This document shows positions 41,978 to 51,886 of a stretch of 64,000 nucleotides of DNA, piece by piece. The notes under the pieces were generated by a model that had not been told where the DNA came from, made no database searches, and worked only from the letters and a program-made list of their open reading frames with translations. The translations under genes were made by a program, and so were the position numbers. Within the stretch, counting starts at the first letter, position 1; each line of letters begins with the position of its first letter. Source of the DNA: Nitrospinales bacterium (GTDB lineage: Bacteria; Nitrospinota; Nitrospinia; Nitrospinales; VA-1); NCBI GenBank assembly GCA_965262115.1, contig OZ253496.1:608001-672000 (forward strand), read 5' to 3'.

Positions 41978-43840
41978 ATGACAAAATTTCTTTTATCCAT
42001 CATCCTCATACTGGCTCTGGCTCAACAAACCTGGGCGATGCCCCAGCACGGGCTTTCATTATATGGCCCTCAGGACCTGAAATACAAACCCGGACAGACT
42101 TATGAACACGCCAATCCCAACGCCCCAAAAGGCGGTAATCTCGTGCTGTCAGATTTTGGCGCTTTCACCAAATTGAACCCGGCCTCGCTGAAAGGTGTGA
42201 CCGCCCCCGGTATCGGGCAGTTGGTCTTTCAATCTGCCATGGACAGTTCCGCTGATGACAACGAGGCCTTTTCGCTATATGGCAACCTGGTGGAAAAGGT
42301 CGAGCTGGCCGAAGACCGGCTCTCCATGACCTATACGATCTATAAACAGGCACGGTTTTCCGATGGGCATCCACTGACGGCGGATGATTTTGTTTTCTCG
42401 TTCAACCTTATTAAAGACCCGGAATACCATCCCTTCTTTAAGGAATATTTCAAGGACATCAAGTCTATTGAAAAAATCGATACCCACACCGTTCGTTATC
42501 ACTTCGCACTCTACAATCAGGAACTCCCGTTGATAACGGGCCAGATGACAATTTTTCCACAACATATTTATGACGTTAAAGGAAAATCTTTCGGTGCGGA
42601 TTTCGATGACATGGCTATCGCCAGTGGACCCTACACAGTCGAGAAATACGAATTCGGCAAATATATTACGTTCAAGCGTGATCCAAATTGGTGGGGCGAC
42701 GATGTCGCCATCAACCGCGGACGCTATAATTTTGACCGGGTCACTTACAGAGTATACCTCGACCCGGTAGCCCAGCGGGAAGCTTTCAAGGGCGGTGAGT
42801 TCGACATGCAGTTGGTCAACAGTTCCCGCGACTGGGCCCTCGACTACAAAGGCGATTTTGTTAAAAAAGGATATTACATCCGTGGTGAGTTTCCTCACAC
42901 CCGCGTTGCTGGCATGCAGGGATTCGCCATGAATATGAGGAATGAATTCTTCCAGTCCCGCAAAGTCCGGGCCGCCATCGCCATGGCTTTCGACTTCGAA
43001 TGGAGTAATAAAAATCTATTTTATGGACAGTACACCCGGAACGAATGCTATTTTGATAACAATCCTGAAATGAAAGCCCCGGGAATTGCCCAGGGTGAGG
43101 TCAAGTCCCTTCTCCTTGAGTTGCGAAAAAAGTATAAAAGCCATGTTCCTAAAACCGCAATCACCAAACCGGTGGGCGCACCGGGACAAGGTCAGTCGTC
43201 CGTCAAAAATATCCAAGTCGCCAATGCTTTGCTGGATTCCGCCGGATGGAAAATCGGTTCCGATGGTATTCGCACAAAGGGCAAGCAGCGATTGGAGTTT
43301 GAACTTCTTTTGGCCGGGCCCGGGTTTCAGCGCATCGCCGAACCCTATAAGAATAATTTAAAAAAGATCGGTGTGCATCTGGATATCAAAGTCGTGCAGG
43401 TCGCCGAATATGAAGAGCGCCTGCGCAATTTCAAATTCGGGATGATCGTGGCAAACTATTTCCAAAGCCGGTCGCCAGGAAATGAACAACGCTCCATGTG
43501 GGGAAGTGAAGCGGCAGAAACTCCCGGAACCAGAAACTATATGGGCATTAAAAATCCCGCACTCGATGAATTGATCGAGGGGATCATCAAAGCAAAAACC
43601 CGCAAGGACCTTATCATCCATCTCCATGCCCTCGACCGGATTCTCACACATCAGTTTTATATGGTTCCACATTGGTATATTTCCTATGACCGGGCAGTCT
43701 ATTGGAACAAGTTCAGCCGCCCCAAAATCAATCCTTCACAAAGCTCTATACTCAACAACCTCCTGCAATGGTGGTGGTGGGACGAGCAGAAAGCACAAAA
43801 ACTGAAAGACGCAAGATCAAAAGGAACGTCTCTCCAATAA
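41978..43840 (+). CDS. yejA: ABC transporter peptide-binding protein (YejA-like, SBP family 5)
   Basis: [42 protein letters not shown]. Confidence 0.8.
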   Translation: MTKFLLSIILILALAQQTWAMPQHGLSLYGPQDLKYKPGQTYEHANPNAPKGGNLVLSDFGAFTKLNPASLKGVTAPGIGQLVFQSAMDSSADDNEAFSLYGNLVEKVELAEDRLSMTYTIYKQARFSDGHPLTADDFVFSFNLIKDPEYHPFFKEYFKDIKSIEKIDTHTVRYHFALYNQELPLITGQMTIFPQHIYDVKGKSFGADFDDMAIASGPYTVEKYEFGKYITFKRDPNWWGDDVAINRGRYNFDRVTYRVYLDPVAQREAFKGGEFDMQLVNSSRDWALDYKGDFVKKGYYIRGEFPHTRVAGMQGFAMNMRNEFFQSRKVRAAIAMAFDFEWSNKNLFYGQYTRNECYFDNNPEMKAPGIAQGEVKSLLLELRKKYKSHVPKTAITKPVGAPGQGQSSVKNIQVANALLDSAGWKIGSDGIRTKGKQRLEFELLLAGPGFQRIAEPYKNNLKKIGVHLDIKVVQVAEYEERLRNFKFGMIVANYFQSRSPGNEQRSMWGSEAAETPGTRNYMGIKNPALDELIEGIIKAKTRKDLIIHLHALDRILTHQFYMVPHWYISYDRAVYWNKFSRPKINPSQSSILNNLLQWWWWDEQKAQKLKDARSKGTSLQ

Positions 43841-43867
43841 TAAACATGCGCTTCCCTGAATAATTCC

Positions 43868-45007
43868 ATGACCGCTTACATCATACGCCGGATTCTATTG
43901 ATGCTTCCCACTCTGATCGGAATCGTCACCATCACTTTTATCGCCACGCAATTCGTTCCCGGGGGTCCGATCGACCAGATAAAATCACTTTTAAGAGGCC
44001 ACGCTGGCACCCTGACCGAGGCAGGCGGCGGAGCTATGACAGACCCCGGAAAAAAATTTGGCGAGATAGACCCCAAACATATGGAGCAATTAAAAAAAAT
44101 CTATCACCTCGACCGACCGCTCTGGGAAAGATATCTGCGCACCTTTTTATGGTACTCGCCGCAAAATAAAAATGCCCCCTTGGTTGAGAGTTTTTTCAAC
44201 CGTGAAAACTGGGAAGGGTTTCTCGTCTTTAAATTCGGCAACTCGTTTTACCGCAATAAATCCGTTCTTGAACTCATCAAGGAAAAGTTGCCGGTTTCCG
44301 CATCGCTGGGTGTCACCAGCTTTTTTTTGACCTACACCATCTGCATCATTCTGGGCATCGCCAAAGCCGTGAAGCATGGAACCCGTTTTGACACCGCGAC
44401 CAGCTTGATTGTGCTCATCGGTTATAGTGTCCCTGGATTTGTTCTGGCAATATTTATCATTGTCCTGTTTGGTCCGGGAGATGGGGCCATCGCCCATCTT
44501 GTACCGATCTCCGGCTTGACTTCGGCGGGAACTCCCGGTTACGAGTCGTGGACGGCTTGGGAAAAGCTGACCGATTATCTCCATCATCTGGCCGCCCCCT
44601 TGTTGTGCTATGTACTCGGTGGATTCGCCACGCTGACCCTGTTGACCAAAAATGCCTTCCTGGAAGAAATGCGCAAACAATATGTGTTGACGGCCCGAGC
44701 CAAGGGCCTGCCGGAAAAGCGCGTCCTGTTCAAACATGTGCTGAAAAATTCACTCATTCCACTGGTGACAGGATTCCCCATTGCCTTTCTCGCCATGTTT
44801 TTCTCCGGTTCGTTATTGCTGGAACAAATTTTTACTTTGGACGGACTGGGGCTTCTTTCCTACCAGGCGGTGATCCAGAGAGATTATCCCATTGTCCTCG
44901 GCACTCTGTTTATCTTCTCACTTATGGCGCTGGTCGGCCAGTTGTTGACCGACCTGTCTTACGTTTTAATTGATAGAAGAATTTCTTTTGCTGAGTCCCA
45001 GGGCTGA
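43868..45007 (+). CDS. yejB: ABC transporter permease (YejB-like)
   Basis: YIIRRILLMLPTL, VPGGP, KQYVLTARAKGL, EQIFTLDGLG. Confidence 0.82.
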   Translation: MTAYIIRRILLMLPTLIGIVTITFIATQFVPGGPIDQIKSLLRGHAGTLTEAGGGAMTDPGKKFGEIDPKHMEQLKKIYHLDRPLWERYLRTFLWYSPQNKNAPLVESFFNRENWEGFLVFKFGNSFYRNKSVLELIKEKLPVSASLGVTSFFLTYTICIILGIAKAVKHGTRFDTATSLIVLIGYSVPGFVLAIFIIVLFGPGDGAIAHLVPISGLTSAGTPGYESWTAWEKLTDYLHHLAAPLLCYVLGGFATLTLLTKNAFLEEMRKQYVLTARAKGLPEKRVLFKHVLKNSLIPLVTGFPIAFLAMFFSGSLLLEQIFTLDGLGLLSYQAVIQRDYPIVLGTLFIFSLMALVGQLLTDLSYVLIDRRISFAESQG

Positions 45008-45009
45008 AC

Positions 45010-46272
45010 ATGCTGAAATTAGATAAAGAACTGAAAGTTAAAATAGAGGTCTACAAAAAAGACAAGCGGGCCTATTACAGCTTTTTGATCCTGGCTTTTC
45101 TTTTTTTAGCGACCCTGCCAGCCGAACTGGTCTGTAATGTGCGTCCGCTTGTGATCGTTGTGGAAGGGAAACCTTTTTTCCCCATCTTCTTCACCTACAG
45201 CGAAAAAGATTTTGGCGGTGTCCTGCCGAGTGAACCGGATTATAAGTCCGCCCGATTCCAAAGGTTTTTAAACGGGGTGTCTGCGGCACCTTCTACACAG
45301 CCAGCAGAAAAGAACTCTTTCAGCTTGGAGTTGGATGACTTCGAAGAAGAGGGTTCGGAACCGGCGTTCAGCATCGGGCTTGATGATTTTGAGGACAGTG
45401 AAGAGTCTGTTGACCCGCCTGCCCCTGCTGCAGAAGTCGCACTTTCTCTCTCTCCCAGAGACTACTGGATACTCTGGCCGCCGGTGCGTTATGACTACAA
45501 ATATATTCCGACCGAATCAAAGACCGGCAATGTTGTGCTGGCCGCTCCCTACCGCACTCCTGCGCGCAATGGTGAAGGGTTCATCAAGTCTTCGTGGGAA
45601 GACGGGCATTACCTCGGTACCGACGACCGGGGCCGGGACGTGCTGGCGCGTTTGTTTTATGGTTTTCGCATTTCAATGCTCTTTGGGGCTTCGCTGGCGA
45701 TCACCGGCACCCTGATCGGTTGCCTGATTGGAGGGACTCAGGGGTTTCTGGGAGGTTGGGTGGACCTTGTCGGCCAGCGGTTGACAGAAATCTGTGGATC
45801 CATCCCGCGCCTCTATATTCTAATAATTTTGAGTTCCTTTCTGGTTCCTTCGGCATTACTGCTATTTCTGATTTTAAATCTCACCGCATGGATGGGAATT
45901 GCCGCCTATATTCGTGCGGAATTTTTAAAAGTCCGCAACTTTGAATTTGTCAAAGCAGCCAAAGGGTTGGGAGTTTCCAATTTCACCATCATGCGCCGAC
46001 ATATCCTGCCCAACGCCTTAACTCCCGTGGTCACATTTTTCCCCTTTGAAGTCACCGCAGGAATTCTCGCCCTGGTGAGTTTGGACTACCTGAACCTGGG
46101 GGTACCCAGTCCAGCCCCCAGCATGGGTGAACTACTGGCACAGGGGAAGAACAACCTTCAAGCATTGTGGATATTACTGCCCACCTTCGCGTCGCTCACT
46201 TTGACGATCACATTATTAACTTTTGTTGGGGAGGGTATTCGCAATGCCTTCGATCCAAGAAAAACTCTATAA
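45010..46272 (+). CDS. yejE: ABC transporter permease (YejE-like) with acidic insertion
   Basis: LGTDDRGRDVLARL, RAEFLK, HILPNA, GEGIRNAFDPR. Confidence 0.8.
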   Translation: MLKLDKELKVKIEVYKKDKRAYYSFLILAFLFLATLPAELVCNVRPLVIVVEGKPFFPIFFTYSEKDFGGVLPSEPDYKSARFQRFLNGVSAAPSTQPAEKNSFSLELDDFEEEGSEPAFSIGLDDFEDSEESVDPPAPAAEVALSLSPRDYWILWPPVRYDYKYIPTESKTGNVVLAAPYRTPARNGEGFIKSSWEDGHYLGTDDRGRDVLARLFYGFRISMLFGASLAITGTLIGCLIGGTQGFLGGWVDLVGQRLTEICGSIPRLYILIILSSFLVPSALLLFLILNLTAWMGIAAYIRAEFLKVRNFEFVKAAKGLGVSNFTIMRRHILPNALTPVVTFFPFEVTAGILALVSLDYLNLGVPSPAPSMGELLAQGKNNLQALWILLPTFASLTLTITLLTFVGEGIRNAFDPRKTL

Positions 46273-46276
46273 AACT

Positions 46277-48307
46277 ATGCTGCTATCGGTAAAAAATCTA
46301 GCCACCCATTTCCATGCCGGACCCGGGAAAATTGCCCGGGCGGTGGATGGCATCTCTTTTGATCTTGAGCAAGGCAAAACCCTGGCTCTGGTGGGGGAAT
46401 CCGGTTGCGGCAAAACCCAAACCGCGTTTTCGATCATGCGGCTGATTGCTGAGAACGGTTACCATCCAACGGGAGAGATCCACTTTCAAGGACAAAACCT
46501 GTTCGGATTAAACCCTGAAGAAATGCGAAGCTTGAGAGGAAATGACATCGCCATGATTTTTCAGGAACCGATGACCTCTCTCAATCCCTTGTTTCGCATC
46601 GGTGACCAGTTGGAAGAGCCTTTAAGGCAACATCTGAAAGTTGCAAAAGGGGATTCCCGAAAACGGGCTCTTGAGCTTCTCGAACGAGTAGGAATTCCCG
46701 ATCCTCATAAACGCATTGATGATTTTCCGCACCAGCTTTCAGGAGGCATGAAGCAGAGGGTTATGATCGCCATGTCCCTGGCCTGTGAGCCAAAACTGCT
46801 CATTGCCGATGAGCCCACCACCGCTCTCGATGTCACTATTCAGGCGCAGGTGTTAAGCCTGATGAGCGATTTGCAGAATCAAACCGGGATGGCGATTTTG
46901 TTGATCACCCACGACATGGGCATCGTCAACCAGATGGCCGATGATTTGTGCATCATGTACGGAGGCCGGGTGGCAGAGTATGGAAGCCGGGAGCAAATCT
47001 TTAACAATATGACCCACCCCTACACGCAAAGACTTTTCAGTTCCATTCCCAAACTTGAGAAAAGCGATACTTTGCTGGACACCATTCCCGGCCTGGTTCC
47101 TTCCGCCAACGAATATGGAGAAGGATGCAGGTTTGCTGGCCGCTGTTCCGAAGTCATGGACATTTGCCATGAACGGGAAAGCAAAGTGCATCACATCACC
47201 AGCAACCATAAAACAGTTTGTCACTTAATGGAAAAAGGAGTGGGCAGCGCCCGCAAGCAAAGCAGAACAACTGATCCTGTACCGGTTCGCAAACTTGAGA
47301 ACACGCCGCTTATCAAGATACGGAATTTAAAAACCCATTTTCCTGTGCGCAAGGGAGTGTTTCTGCGCGTCGTCGACCATATCCGGGCCGTGGACGATAT
47401 TAGTCTGGATATTCCCAAAGGCGCAACCGTGGCTCTGGTCGGAGAATCCGGTTGCGGAAAAACAACCCTGGGTGAATCCATTCTGCAATTGGTTCCCGAC
47501 GCACGTGGAGAAGTCTTCTTCGACAATCAAAATATCATGAACCTGAAAGGCGAAGCCTTGAAACAATTTCGCAAACATATGCAGATTGTGTTCCAGGACC
47601 CTTTCGGTTCCCTGCAACCTCGCATGACCATCGAAAGAATTGTAGGGGAAGGACTAGAGGTTCACCAGCCCTTGCTTTCACCGGATGAACGATCTCAAAA
47701 AATTGCCCGGGTTTTAAAGGAAGTGGGATTGAGTTCATCCATCCTGGAACGCTACCCGCATGAGTTTTCCGGCGGCCAGCGGCAACGCATCGCTATTGCC
47801 CGCGCTTTAATTCTGGAACCGGAGTTTCTGGTGCTGGATGAACCCACAAGCGCTTTGGATGTATCGGTGCAGGCCCAGGTTCTCAACCTGCTTAAAGAAT
47901 TACAATCACGACATACACTTACCTATCTGTTCATCAGCCATAATTTAAGCGTCGTGCGCTATATGGCAGACACGGTAGCCATCATGTATCTGGGAAGAAT
48001 TGTGGAGCAGGCGCCTGTGGAAGAACTCTTCAAGAACCCGCGTCACCCATACACAAAATCGCTTCTTGAGTCGGTGCCCGATCTGGAAACCCGCAAACCA
48101 TTCAAGCCCTTGGTGGGAGATGTGCCCTCCCCTCTCAATCCGCCGTCAGGTTGCCATTTTCATCCCCGGTGCCCCATTTATCTGAATGAGGAACAGGGTT
48201 CTGCATTGGCAAAAAACTGCACCAGCCAATATCCTGAAAAGATGGGGGAAAACCACTCGTTCGTTTCCTGCCACCATGCCGCGCCCTCCGCAAAAATCCG
48301 GGAATAA
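46277..48307 (+). CDS. dipeptide/oligopeptide ABC transporter fused double ATPase
   Basis: Two GESGCGKT Walker A motifs, LSGGMKQR and FSGGQRQR signatures, oligo_HPY tails. Confidence 0.9.
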   Translation: MLLSVKNLATHFHAGPGKIARAVDGISFDLEQGKTLALVGESGCGKTQTAFSIMRLIAENGYHPTGEIHFQGQNLFGLNPEEMRSLRGNDIAMIFQEPMTSLNPLFRIGDQLEEPLRQHLKVAKGDSRKRALELLERVGIPDPHKRIDDFPHQLSGGMKQRVMIAMSLACEPKLLIADEPTTALDVTIQAQVLSLMSDLQNQTGMAILLITHDMGIVNQMADDLCIMYGGRVAEYGSREQIFNNMTHPYTQRLFSSIPKLEKSDTLLDTIPGLVPSANEYGEGCRFAGRCSEVMDICHERESKVHHITSNHKTVCHLMEKGVGSARKQSRTTDPVPVRKLENTPLIKIRNLKTHFPVRKGVFLRVVDHIRAVDDISLDIPKGATVALVGESGCGKTTLGESILQLVPDARGEVFFDNQNIMNLKGEALKQFRKHMQIVFQDPFGSLQPRMTIERIVGEGLEVHQPLLSPDERSQKIARVLKEVGLSSSILERYPHEFSGGQRQRIAIARALILEPEFLVLDEPTSALDVSVQAQVLNLLKELQSRHTLTYLFISHNLSVVRYMADTVAIMYLGRIVEQAPVEELFKNPRHPYTKSLLESVPDLETRKPFKPLVGDVPSPLNPPSGCHFHPRCPIYLNEEQGSALAKNCTSQYPEKMGENHSFVSCHHAAPSAKIRE

Positions 48308-48350
48308 AAACCTGTAAGAATTTCTCCTGCAACTTTTTGCCATGCAAGGC

Positions 48351-48653
48351 GAGATTCTTCGTCACGTTGTTCCTCAGAATGACAAATCGGCGCTTCTTGT
48401 CATTCTGAGCGATTGCATTGTCATTCTGAACGCAGTGAAGAATCTTGTCTTTCCCCTTTTTTGACTTGCGCAAAGGTCCCCCTGACAAGGAGACCTTTGC
48501 ATAACCCGAGACCCTCATTGATCCTCCCCTCTCATGAGGGGAGGTCTGGAGGGGTGTGGATTATTTTACGGAATTCATAATCCAACCCTCCCCTGGCCCC
48601 TCCCTATGAAGGGAGGGGAGATTTCTGCTTCCGCTTTCAACTTACACAAAGCT
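48351..48653. repeat. cluster of REP/REPIN-like palindromes (two families)
   Basis: GAGATTCTTC...CAGAATGACA; TGTCATTCTGAACGCAGTGAAGAATC; GCAAAGGTC..CTGACAAGG..GACCTTTGC; inverted pair of CCCCTC-type units at about 48523-48562 and 48580-48620. Confidence 0.8.
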
Positions 48654-48683
48654 TGATCTTCCCCTGTTTTAGTGGACAGTTAG

Positions 48684-49547
48684 TTAAGAGGCATAGGCCT
48701 GTTTCTCGAATTCGGCAGGGCTGAGATAGCCGAGATATGAGTGACGGCGCTGCCGATTATAAAACACTTCGATATATTCAAAAATATCCTTCTTTGCTTG
48801 CTGACGGGTTTTGTAGTTCCGGTTATGAATGAGTTCCACTTTGAGAGTATGGAAAAAACTCTCCGCCACGGCGTTATCCCAGCAATCGCCCTTCCGGCTC
48901 ATACTGCACTCTATCCCATGAACATTGAGCAAGGCTTGAAAATCGTTGCAGGCATATTGAACCCCCCGGTCAGAATGGTGAATCAATCCCGGTTTCATGC
49001 CGCCGTTCTTCATTGCCATATTTAAAGCTCTCATTACCAACCAATGGGTTATCCAACGATCCATGGCCCAACCAATAACTTTACGGTGGAATAAATCCAG
49101 CGTCACCGCAAGGTATAACCAGCCCTCTTGAGTCGGGATATAGGTGATATCCGAAACCCAGCATTGACCGGGCTCAGCAACATTAAACCGCCGTTGCAGT
49201 TTGTTTTTTGCCACCGGGTGATTATGTTTGGAATCGGTTGTCACCCTGAACTTTCTTTTGTGCTTGGCAACGATTCCATGCTCGCGCATAAGACGGGCAA
49301 TACGATGCCTGCCAATGGCATATCCCTTGTCTTTCAAGTCCTCATGAATTCTGGGACTGCCATAAGTCTGGCGACTCTTCTTATAAACGGTTTTGATCTC
49401 ATCAACCCATCGCTGCTTCTCACGGCTCCTCAGGCTCTCGGGGCGGCTCAGCCAGGCATAGAACCCACTTCGTCCCACTTCCAGAACCCGGCACATCGGG
49501 CTTACCGGAAATGCTTCTCGATGATCCCGTATAAACCGATATCTCAT
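48684..49547 (-). CDS. IS3-family transposase OrfB (DDE integrase core)
   Basis: [42 protein letters not shown]. Confidence 0.93.
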   Translation of the reverse strand: MRYRFIRDHREAFPVSPMCRVLEVGRSGFYAWLSRPESLRSREKQRWVDEIKTVYKKSRQTYGSPRIHEDLKDKGYAIGRHRIARLMREHGIVAKHKRKFRVTTDSKHNHPVAKNKLQRRFNVAEPGQCWVSDITYIPTQEGWLYLAVTLDLFHRKVIGWAMDRWITHWLVMRALNMAMKNGGMKPGLIHHSDRGVQYACNDFQALLNVHGIECSMSRKGDCWDNAVAESFFHTLKVELIHNRNYKTRQQAKKDIFEYIEVFYNRQRRHSYLGYLSPAEFEKQAYAS

Positions 49548-49583
49548 TGGGAACCCTTCGAGTACCCCTTGTATGTTGTTCAT

Positions 49584-49792
49584 AAGGGGAATTTGTAGTA
49601 GTTGTACCTGTGAGCCCTGTGGGAAGCCGGTTTTGTGTTTTCCACAAGGCTCACAGGGTTTGATTCAGGGCACAATAGATCGTTTACCCCTTGGGCTTTT
49701 AAGCCCGTCCCGAAGCGCAGATCGTTGTGTCCTATTTTGATTAACCCGAACAGTTGCCTGGGCCACTGAGCCCGCATCGGCAAGGCTGGGAG
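49584..49792 (+). ncRNA. IS110 bridge RNA (5' hairpin, target-binding loop, donor-binding loop); ends approximate
   Basis: Hairpin 49607-49657; target guides TTTACCCCT (49683-91) and CCCGAAG (49709-15); donor guides ACAGTTGC (49750-57) and GCAAG (49780-84). Confidence 0.82.
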
Positions 49793-49800
49793 ACCAAATT

Positions 49801-50751
49801 ATGAATCAGAAACCCCATTTTATTGGCATCGATATTTCTAAACTCCATCTGGATGTTGCTGACAGCATGACTCAAGAAACCTGGCAAACCGCTAACAATG
49901 AGGAAGGAATTGCTGGTTTGGTCGAGAGTTTATCCGCCTTAAATCCTCCATTGATCGTTTTGGAAGCCACAGGCGGCTTAGAGATCCCGTTGGCTTCGGC
50001 CCTGGTTGCGGGTCGACTGCCAGTAGCCGTGGTCAACCCACGGCAAGTTCGTGATTTTGCCAAAGCCACCGGGAAACTGGCAAAAACCGATGTCATTGAT
50101 TCTCTTGTGCTGGCCCATTTTGCCAGGGCCGTACGTCCTGAGGTCAGGAAAATCAAAGACGAAGAATCTCTGGAACTCTCAGCTCTAGTGACACGCCGTC
50201 GCCAGTTGATCGAGATGCTGACCAAAGAAAAAACCCGTCTAAAACAAGCTCCAAAATGGATATGTAAAGACATTAAGGAGCATATCGAATCTCTTAAAAA
50301 ACGCTTGCGAAAAATCGATGGCGACCTTTCCAGAACCATCAAAAACAGTTCTGCCTGGCGTGAGCACGACCAGATCATACAAAGTGTTCCCGGTGCCGGT
50401 CCCGTTCTGGCTGTCAACCTCTTGGCCGGGGTTCCGGAACTTGGAGTTCTTAATCAGAAGCAAATCGCCGCCCTCATCGGTCTCGCTCCCCTCAATCGGG
50501 ACAGCGGAAAGTTCCGGGGCCGCCGGTGTATCTGGGGCGGCCGCGCCAATGTGCGTGCCGCTTTATACATGGCCGCCGTCACTGCCATGCAGCATAATCC
50601 CGTGATTCGTACCTTTTACACACGCCTCATCGAAAAGGGCAAACCCTTTAAAGTTGCCATTACCGCATGCATGAGAAAGTTATTAACGATCATCAATACC
50701 ATGATCAAAACAAAAACACTCTGGAATGAAAATCTCATTGCCAGCACTTGA
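49801..50751 (+). CDS. IS110-family DEDD recombinase
   Basis: RuvC-like DEDD (GIDISK, LEATGG, KTDVID); Tnp domain VPGAG...GLAPLNRDSGK with Ser; ACMRKLL; ORF intact. Confidence 0.96.
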   Translation: MNQKPHFIGIDISKLHLDVADSMTQETWQTANNEEGIAGLVESLSALNPPLIVLEATGGLEIPLASALVAGRLPVAVVNPRQVRDFAKATGKLAKTDVIDSLVLAHFARAVRPEVRKIKDEESLELSALVTRRRQLIEMLTKEKTRLKQAPKWICKDIKEHIESLKKRLRKIDGDLSRTIKNSSAWREHDQIIQSVPGAGPVLAVNLLAGVPELGVLNQKQIAALIGLAPLNRDSGKFRGRRCIWGGRANVRAALYMAAVTAMQHNPVIRTFYTRLIEKGKPFKVAITACMRKLLTIINTMIKTKTLWNENLIAST

Positions 50752-50802
50752 CATTTAACACAGTTGCTTCGGGGCATGAAAGCCAATGAAGAGGACATCA
50801 CA

Positions 50803-51077
50803 AAGATAACTGTCGCCTTTTTTAATATGTCCCGCTCCATACGAAGGCGAGCGTTTTCTCGCCGCAACTGCTGCAACTCATCTCCCGGCTTAAGCTGTCC
50901 TTTGCCGGGAAACGCATTCCCCTGATCCTCCTCATACTCCTGTTTCCAGCGACCCAGAAGGGCAGAACGGATTCCCAGATCCCGGGACACCCGGGCAATG
51001 CTATCGCCTACTTCAATAACCAATCGAACCGCTTCTAACTTGAATTCTTTACTGAAACTCCTGCGTTTGGTTCCCAT
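50803..51077 (-). pseudogene. IS3 OrfA (HTH), 3' end disrupted by nested insertions
   Basis: RRSFSKEFKLEAV...LRRENARLRMERDILKKA; the natural end FSKGSQ* is recovered only after removing the insertions. Confidence 0.9.
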
Positions 51078-51142
51078 AAAAACACCTCCAAAAGTGTATT
51101 ATCCACACTTTTCGATGTGTCCACCAATTCAGGGGAAGATCA

Positions 51143-51335
51143 GCTCTCCCTGACAAGGGGGATTGAGGGGGTTTGCTTAGGTTGTCATTGCGAACGTAGT
51201 GAAGCAATCCAGAATCTGGATCGCCACGCTCCTTTCAGTCGCTCGCGATGACGGGAGTGGGAGCTGCTAAACCATTTTCCTGACTTCGAAAATTGGTAAG
51301 TGGTAATTGTCATTCTGAACGCAGTGAAGAATCCC
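51143..51335. repeat. REP/REPIN-like palindromes right of IS3
   Basis: CTCTCCCTGACAAGGGGGATTGAGGGGG; TGTCATTGCGAACGTAGTGAAGCAATC...GATCGCCAC...CTCGCGATGAC; TGTCATTCTGAACGCAGTGAAGAATC. Confidence 0.8.
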
Positions 51336-51356
51336 CAAGCCTATGCAAGGCTTATA

Positions 51357-51752
51357 TTAAACTTCTTTTCCGCTCCCGGTAGTAACTACCGACCGGCCCT
51401 GTTGCTCTCTCCATCTGAATTTGCCAACCACAATCCTCAAAACCTCGTGAAGCAGCCTCAGCTCCTTGTAGGACAAAACTCTTAACAGACTAATCAGCTT
51501 GGCAATTTCCCTTTCAAAGGCTGGGTGTTTTACAGGAGCCTCTTCAAAATCAAAAAATGTTCCAAGAGAAACATTTAATTTTTCCGCAAGAAATTCAAGG
51601 GTTCTCAACGAGGGAATGCTCACGCCGCGTTCCAGGCTGGAAACCGTTTCCACGCTCACATTGATCTTCTCGGCTACCTGAAACTGGGTCAATCTGCGCG
51701 AAAGGCGGATTTCGGTAATTCTTGCGCCAATCCTCTTCTCAATATCAGACAT
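51357..51752 (-). CDS. XRE-family HTH transcriptional regulator
   Basis: IGARITEIR...LTQFQVAEK...VSSLERG..PSLRTL. Confidence 0.85.
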   Translation of the reverse strand: MSDIEKRIGARITEIRLSRRLTQFQVAEKINVSVETVSSLERGVSIPSLRTLEFLAEKLNVSLGTFFDFEEAPVKHPAFEREIAKLISLLRVLSYKELRLLHEVLRIVVGKFRWREQQGRSVVTTGSGKEV

Positions 51753-51886
51753 GATTTATCACCTCTGTAGAAAGAATAGACAAATCAATGTCCGCTGGCG
51801 TCGAGGGGTAAAATCGGCGTAAAAGTTCTGGAGGGCATGAGTAGGACTTGAGTAGCTGTAATTTTAAGTCATAAGAGGAGGAAAAA

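Larger units (their letters stand above)
49568..50768 (+). mobile_element. IS110-family element (IS621-like), CT core at both ends
   Basis: Junctions AGTACCC-CT-TGTATG and ACAGTTG-CT-TCGGGG; long noncoding left end, short right end, no TIRs. Confidence 0.92.
49563..50802 (+). repeat. 41-nt mini-element split by IS110 (49563-49569 + 50769-50802)
   Basis: Rejoined: TACCCCT|TCGGGGCATGAAAGCCAATGAAGAGGACATCACA, 38/41 identical to 10625-10665. Confidence 0.85.
48654..51142 (-). mobile_element. IS3-family insertion sequence, interrupted at the orfA/orfB junction
   Basis: Terminal IRs TGATCTTCCCCTG..TGGACA and TGTCCA..CAGGGGAAGATCA (TG...CA ends); 3-bp TSD GCT (48651-48653 and 51143-51145); AAAAAAG frameshift motif. 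Confidence 0.95.

Noticed and set aside
50616..50802. C-terminal extension of the IS3 OrfA ORF (VMSSSLAFMPRSN...)
   Set aside because: Read-through into the mini-element and antisense IS110; the same artefact gives MPSSLAFMPRRG in the spurious ORF 10590..10784
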